Origin: an uncultured Acidobacteriota bacterium
GTDB lineage: Bacteria; Acidobacteriota; Thermoanaerobaculia; Gp7-AA8
Assembly (NCBI GenBank): GCA_963822445.1
Contig: CAWGHO010000003.1
Span: forward strand, 1,344,001 to 1,408,000
Direction: 5' to 3'
Length of the DNA stretch: 64,000 nucleotides
A program made the translations under genes and the position numbers. Of this stretch, positions 58,961 to 64,000 are shown in pieces. The notes below the pieces were generated by a model. It worked only from the letters and a program-made list of their open reading frames with translations, ran no database searches and was not told the DNA's origin. Every line of letters begins with the position of its first letter. The first letter of the stretch is position 1.

Positions 58961-61710
58961 CGGATCGGATTCCCGTCGGCGTCGAGCTTGATCACTTCGC
59001 CGAGGTTCAGCTCGCGGACGCCGGCCTCGATCTTTTTCAGATCGCCGATGATCAGCCAGATCATTTCATCGGGCCGGACGTACGCCTTTGCCGCCGAGTT
59101 CAGCGTTTCTTCGTTCAGCGCCCGAACGCTCGACGCGTATTTCGCGAAGTAATCGTCGGGATATCCGAGGTTCGTGAGGCGGATGGCTGCGTTCTGCAGC
59201 GAGCCCAGAGTCTCGTACGCGCCCGGCAGACGGAGGGTCTGGTTGCGCATCACGCTCTGGAACTCCTCGCCGGCCAGCGGACGCTCGCCCGCAACGCCGC
59301 GCACTTCCTTGACCACTTCGAGAATCGATTCTTTGGTCTTGTCGGTTTGCACCGGCGCGACCACGAGGAACGGACGCTGGCCACGAGTCTCCACGATCTG
59401 ACCCTGCGTGCCGTAGCTCCAGTGCTTGTCGAGGCGGAGGTTGCGATTGAGGCGGGAGGTGGCGATGCCGCCGAAGTTGCGCATCACCGTTTCCACCGCC
59501 AGGTCTTCCGCACGGCCGCCGGTTTCGGACAGATGCGCGGCCACGATCACCGACTGCGGCGCGTCGGGCTTGTCGATGAGGTAGACCTTCTTGCCGGCGG
59601 TGCGGGGAAGGGTGTCGAGCTGTTTCTTCGGCGCCTGGCCGGGCTTCCACGAGCCGAACGCGCGCTCGAGCTCGGGCTCGAGCTTGTCCATGGTGATGTC
59701 GCCCGCGACGATCAGCGTGGCGTTGTTCGGAACGAACCAGCTCTTGTGCCATTCGGCGAGATCGGCGCGCGTCAGCGGCGTGACTGTCTCGACGTAACCC
59801 GTTCCGGTAAGCGGCTTGGCGTACGCGTGATCCGCGCCGTACAGCAGGCGCGGGAAGATGCGGTTCACATTCGCCGTCGGGCTGGCTTTCTCCTGCGCGA
59901 TGCGGGCGATGCGCTGCCGCTTGGAGAGCGCGACCATGTCCGTCGCGAACGCGGGATTGAGAATGACGTCGGCGTAGATGTCGAGCGACTTGCCGAGGTT
60001 CATCGGCAGCGCGGAGAGGTTGACGAAGGACATGTCCAGCGAGTTGCCGGTGTTGATCGTCGCGCCGAGGGAGTCGAGCTGGTTGACGATGGCGAAGGTG
60101 TCGCGGGTGGCAGTGCCTTCGTCCAGCACGTCGAGTGCGAGGCCCGCGAGTCCCGCGCGCGACGCGGGATCGGACGCGTAACCGGCGTCGAGGGCGAGGG
60201 TCATGTTCACGATCGGCGCGGAGTGACGCTCGAGGAGCATGACCTTCAGGCCATTGGAAAGCGTGGTGCGCTGCACCGGAGGGAACTTGACCTCCGGCGC
60301 GTCGCCGAGCGACGGCAGGATCTTGCGGTCGATGGTGGACTTGCCCGGCGCGAGCGTCGGGAAGGGCTTGACCAGCAGGGTGTAGTGATTCGTGTCGAGC
60401 CAGGTCTTGGCGACTTTCTGGATGTCCGCCGGGGTCGCGGTCTGCGCGACTTCGAGCGAGCGGAGATAGAACTCGGGATCGCCGCCGAAGGTCATGCTCT
60501 CGGCGAGCACGTCCGAGCGCCCGCCGAAGCCGCCGAGGCGCTCGATGCCGCGTACGAAGCCGGCAATCTGCCGGCTCTGCGCGCGCTGCAGCTCCTCGGC
60601 TTTCGGTCCGTTCTTGATGACGTCGGCGATGATCGCGTCGATCTCTTTCTCGGCGACCGCGGGATCGACGCCCGGCTTGACCGTGCCCTGCACGATGAAG
60701 GAGCTGGCGAGCTCGCGATCCCAGACGAACGCTCCGACGTCGGTCAGCAGCTCTTTTTCGTAAACCAGCGCCCGGTCCAGCCGCGCGCTTTTCGATCCGC
60801 TCAAAACCTCGGACAGAAGGTTCATGTACTGGAGCTGCTTATCGCGCCACGCCGGCGCGTGATAGACGCGATAGATGCGCGTCTGGGGAACGCGGTCCTG
60901 CATCTCGTCCCGGATGTTCCGATCGAACTTCGGAATCCACTCCTCGGTGCTCGACAGCGGCGGTCCCGGCGGGATCGCGCCGAAGTACTTCTTCACCAGC
61001 TCCAGCGCGCGCTCGGCGGTGATATCCCCGGCCAGCGCGAGCACGGCGTTGTTCGGGCCGTAGTAGGTGCTGTACCACTCCTTCACGTCCTCGAGCGACG
61101 CGGCGTTGAGGTCTTCCATCGAGCCGATCGTGGACCAGGAGTAGGGATGTGAGTAGGGGAAGATCGTTTCGACGACGCGGCCGAAGACGCGGCCGTAGGG
61201 CTGGTTTTCGCCCTGGCGCTTTTCGTTCTGCACGACGCCGCGCTCGCGCTCGAGCATTTCCTTGGAGATGTTGCCGGCCAGGAAGCCCATGCGATCGGCC
61301 TCGAGGTAGAGCGTGCGCTCGAGCGCGGAGACGGGGACGTCCTCGAAGAAATTCGTGCGATCGGTGCTCGTCGTGCCGTTGCGGTTGTTCGCGCCGAGGT
61401 CGTCCATGGCCTCGCGGAAGCCGTGCGGGTAGTTCTCCGAGCCGTTGAAGAAGAAGTGCTCGAAGAGATGCGCGAACCCGGTCTTGCCGCGCTTCTCGTT
61501 GCGCGAGCCGACGTGGTACCAGGAGTTGACCGCGACGATGGGGACGCTGTGATCGGTGTGAACGATCAGCGTCAGTCCGTTGTCGAGGACGAATTTCTGG
61601 TGGGGAATGGCCAGCTTCGATTTGTCGAAGGCGGGTTTCGCGGGGGTTTTGGTTTGCGCGAAGGTGTTGAGGGCGAGGAGGGAGCAGAGGACGAGCAGGG
61701 CTCTCTTCAT
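58957..61710 (-). CDS. M16 zinc protease (PqqL-like, fused two-half form)
   Basis: 'GFAHLFEH', 'NGTTSTDRTNFFE', 'VQNEKRQ'; second half 'SRLNRNLR..KHWSYG'. Confidence 0.92.
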   Translation of the reverse strand: MKRALLVLCSLLALNTFAQTKTPAKPAFDKSKLAIPHQKFVLDNGLTLIVHTDHSVPIVAVNSWYHVGSRNEKRGKTGFAHLFEHFFFNGSENYPHGFREAMDDLGANNRNGTTSTDRTNFFEDVPVSALERTLYLEADRMGFLAGNISKEMLERERGVVQNEKRQGENQPYGRVFGRVVETIFPYSHPYSWSTIGSMEDLNAASLEDVKEWYSTYYGPNNAVLALAGDITAERALELVKKYFGAIPPGPPLSSTEEWIPKFDRNIRDEMQDRVPQTRIYRVYHAPAWRDKQLQYMNLLSEVLSGSKSARLDRALVYEKELLTDVGAFVWDRELASSFIVQGTVKPGVDPAVAEKEIDAIIADVIKNGPKAEELQRAQSRQIAGFVRGIERLGGFGGRSDVLAESMTFGGDPEFYLRSLEVAQTATPADIQKVAKTWLDTNHYTLLVKPFPTLAPGKSTIDRKILPSLGDAPEVKFPPVQRTTLSNGLKVMLLERHSAPIVNMTLALDAGYASDPASRAGLAGLALDVLDEGTATRDTFAIVNQLDSLGATINTGNSLDMSFVNLSALPMNLGKSLDIYADVILNPAFATDMVALSKRQRIARIAQEKASPTANVNRIFPRLLYGADHAYAKPLTGTGYVETVTPLTRADLAEWHKSWFVPNNATLIVAGDITMDKLEPELERAFGSWKPGQAPKKQLDTLPRTAGKKVYLIDKPDAPQSVIVAAHLSETGGRAEDLAVETVMRNFGGIATSRLNRNLRLDKHWSYGTQGQIVETRGQRPFLVVAPVQTDKTKESILEVVKEVRGVAGERPLAGEEFQSVMRNQTLRLPGAYETLGSLQNAAIRLTNLGYPDDYFAKYASSVRALNEETLNSAAKAYVRPDEMIWLIIGDLKKIEAGVRELNLGEVIKLDADGNPIR

Positions 61711-61751
61711 ATTGCGCGGATTGTACGGAAAAGGGGGAGGGTGGGTTTTGT

Positions 61752-61852
61752 GGAGCGCCGGCGTCCCGCCGGCTGTTGCGCCGGCGTCCACGCCGGCTTG
61801 TCTTCGGCCGGCGGGACGCCGGCGCAACAGCCGCCGCGGACGGCGGCGCTCC
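61752..61852. repeat. REP-like palindrome (GGAGCGCCGGCGTCCCGCCGGC family)
   Basis: Nested inverted repeats bounded by GGAGCGCCG / CGGCGCTCC. Confidence 0.75.
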
Positions 61853-61853
61853 G

Positions 61854-63098
61854 CTACTTCTTCGCGCTAGCCTCCGCGGCCCGCGCCGCCGCCTCGGTCA
61901 ACTCCTGCTCCTGTTTGTTCGACATGGGCGGGTTGTAGGCGGCGATGCCGGTCACGGTCTGGCCGATGACCAGGTTGTGGATGTCGTGCGTGCCCTCGTA
62001 TGTCTTCACCGACTCGAGGTTCATCATGTGCCGCACCACCGGGTACTCGTCCGACACGCCGTTCGCGCCGAGCATGTCCCGGGCGATGCGCGCGCATTCG
62101 AGGGCGATGTTGCAGTTGTTCATCTTCGCCATCGACACGTGCTGCGGCTTGAGGCGGCCCTGATCCTTCATCCGCCCGCACTGCACGGCCAGGAGCTGGC
62201 CTTTGGTGATCTCGGTGATCATCCAGGCGAGCTTGTTCTGCACGAGCTGATGGGAGGCGATCGGCTGCCCGCCGAACTGGATGCGCGACTTCGCGTACTC
62301 GTTCGCGGTGTGGAAGACGCCCATGGCTGCGCCGAGGACGCCCCAGGCGATGCCGTAGCGGGCCTGGGTCAGACAGGAGAGCGGATATTTGAGGCCGTTC
62401 GTTTCCGGAAGCACGTTCTCGAGCGGAATGCGGCAGTCCTCGAAGAACAGCTGTGAAGTGACCGAGGCGCGGAGCGAGAACTTGCCCATGTGCAGGGCCG
62501 TGGAAAAGCCGGGCGTGTCCTTTTCGACGAGGAACCCGCGGATGGTCCCTTCGCACTTCGCCCAGACCACGGCCACGTCGGCGATCGAGCCGTTGGTGAT
62601 CCAGGCCTTCGCGCCGTTGAGGACCCAGGAATCGCCGTCCTTGCGGGCGTGCGTGCGCATGCCGGCGGGGTTCGAGCCGAAATCCGGCTCGGTCAGACCG
62701 AAGCAGCCGATCTTCTCGCCGGCGGCCATCTTCGGGATCCAGTAGTCGCGCTGTTCCTTCGAGCCGTACGCGTTGATGGGGAACATCACCAGGCCGGACT
62801 GCACGGAGGCGAAGGAGCGGAGGCCGGAATCGCCCCGCTCCAGCTCCTGCATGATCAGGCCGTAGGCCACGTGATTGAGGCCGGGGAGGTCGTACTCCTT
62901 GATGGTGGCGCCGAAGAGGCCCATCTCGGCCATCTTCGGGATGAGGTGCATGGGGAACTTCTCTTCGCGATTCGCATGCTCGATGATGGGGATCACTTCC
63001 TCATCGACGAAGTCGCGAACGGTCTGCCTTACCATCAGCTCTTCTTCACTGAAGAGCGAGTCGATTTCAAGATAGTCGACGCCAGGGAAACTGGGCAC
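61854..63098 (-). CDS. gcdH: Acyl-CoA dehydrogenase, glutaryl-CoA dehydrogenase-like
   Basis: 'ELERGDSGLRS', 'GCFGLTEPDFGSNP', 'KAWITNG', 'NLESVKTYEGTHDIH'; GTG start with AAGGAG RBS. Confidence 0.85.
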   Translation of the reverse strand: MPSFPGVDYLEIDSLFSEEELMVRQTVRDFVDEEVIPIIEHANREEKFPMHLIPKMAEMGLFGATIKEYDLPGLNHVAYGLIMQELERGDSGLRSFASVQSGLVMFPINAYGSKEQRDYWIPKMAAGEKIGCFGLTEPDFGSNPAGMRTHARKDGDSWVLNGAKAWITNGSIADVAVVWAKCEGTIRGFLVEKDTPGFSTALHMGKFSLRASVTSQLFFEDCRIPLENVLPETNGLKYPLSCLTQARYGIAWGVLGAAMGVFHTANEYAKSRIQFGGQPIASHQLVQNKLAWMITEITKGQLLAVQCGRMKDQGRLKPQHVSMAKMNNCNIALECARIARDMLGANGVSDEYPVVRHMMNLESVKTYEGTHDIHNLVIGQTVTGIAAYNPPMSNKQEQELTEAAARAAEASAKK

Positions 63099-63157
63099 GG
63101 GATACTCCTTCTTTGCAGCTGAAAACGTTGAGATTCGAGGGCCGGCAATCATACCCG

Positions 63158-64000
63158 ATGCGAATCGGGCTTTTCATCGCGGCCCTGGTGATCCGGGTCG
63201 CGGCGATCGAGATCACCGGCGCGACGACGATGGCCTTCGGCGACGCGGGCGATTACGTGGCCACGGCCCAGTCGATCTGCAGCCAGCATGTCTATCCGGA
63301 ACGGGGCAATCTGCCCTTTTTCCGCCCTCCAGGGTTGCCGTTTTTCATCGCCGGGGTGACGCTCTGCGAGCCGTCCCGGACGCGGGTGATCAAGTACGCC
63401 CTGGCGGCCACGGACGCAGCGACGGTGGTGGTGATTTTCGAGCTCGCGGCGATGCTTTTCGGCGGCTTTGCGGGGTTGCTCGCCGGGATCGGCGCGGCTT
63501 GCTATCCCTTCTTCATCTTCTCGACGACGGACCTTCGCAGCGAGCCGCTGTTCATGCTCCTGCTCACCCTGGCCATCCTGCTGCTGCTGCGCGGCAACGC
63601 TCCAGGCTCGGGGGTGGCGCTGGCGCTCGCCGCGCTCACGCGGCCGACGGCGTTGCTCTGCCTGCCGCTCTTCGCGCTGTTCGTGGGGCGGAAGAAAGCC
63701 GTCCCGCTGCTGATCGCGGGAGCGTTGACGCTCGCGCCGTGGATGGCGCGGAACTACCTCCGCTTCGGCGAGATCATCGTGGTCAACGACGCCGGGAGCT
63801 ACAGCGTCTGGCACGCGTCGCATCCGGAGACGCGGCGGATTTACGCCGCGGAGACACGCGAGGAGTTCAAGCGACGCGAGCTGGAGTTCGAGACGAAGAC
63901 CATTCACACGGTCGCGGCGCAGGTCGAGGCGCGGGCGAGCTCGCCGAATACGCGCGACGCCGAATGGCGGCGGATGGCCATCGAGGACCTTCGCCGCGAG
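63158..64000 (+). CDS. GT39/ArnT-like membrane glycosyltransferase, runs off the window end
   Basis: Translated by hand from ATG 63158: 'GDAGDY', 'FRPPGLPFFI', 'SEPLFMLL', 'ALTRP', 'PWMARNY'. Confidence 0.8.
   Translation, partial: MRIGLFIAALVIRVAAIEITGATTMAFGDAGDYVATAQSICSQHVYPERGNLPFFRPPGLPFFIAGVTLCEPSRTRVIKYALAATDAATVVVIFELAAMLFGGFAGLLAGIGAACYPFFIFSTTDLRSEPLFMLLLTLAILLLLRGNAPGSGVALALAALTRPTALLCLPLFALFVGRKKAVPLLIAGALTLAPWMARNYLRFGEIIVVNDAGSYSVWHASHPETRRIYAAETREEFKRRELEFETKTIHTVAAQVEARASSPNTRDAEWRRMAIEDLRRE

Noticed and set aside
61710-61827. N-terminal extensions in the ORF track (also 31092, 43358, 47490)
   Set aside because: They run through REP or intergenic DNA; downstream starts with RBS or signal peptides fit better
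63149-63907. 252-aa minus-strand ORF
   Set aside because: Antisense to the GT39-like gene that is open on the plus strand to the window end

Overview
High-GC bacterial DNA. The gene repertoire and repeat style suggest Acidobacteriota/Thermoanaerobaculia, which is an inference only. No rRNA, tRNA, CRISPR array or intact transposase/integrase was recognised. Left to right: small genes including a CdiI-like orphan immunity protein (0.2-1.3 kb). A signalling operon (secreted protein, 43-aa membrane peptide, receiver-like protein, REC-EAL, NarL/UvrY-type regulator, 1468-aa hybrid kinase) divergent from a heavily frameshifted sigma54 activator. A decayed accessory zone (10-19 kb) with two inverted attC-like sites flanking a RelE/ParE toxin-antitoxin pair, an ABC permease-M1 peptidase fusion whose HEXXH has become REVAR, and several pseudogenes. 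A secreted MepA-like peptidase plus partner gene. A second HK/RR/hybrid-HK cluster. A sigma54-linked MacAB-type ABC exporter operon punctuated by four hairpins of tandem 8-mers. Further ABC, GDSL and BNR genes, three M16 peptidase genes, a TIR-Ser/Thr kinase fusion, secreted hypotheticals, yciH (one-base frameshift), a beta-helix/Calx-beta/FN3 surface protein, a SlyD-like PPIase, a glutaryl-CoA dehydrogenase-like gene and a partial GT39-like gene. Intergenic spaces hold several REP-like palindrome families. All calls come from motif recognition by eye; no searches were run.
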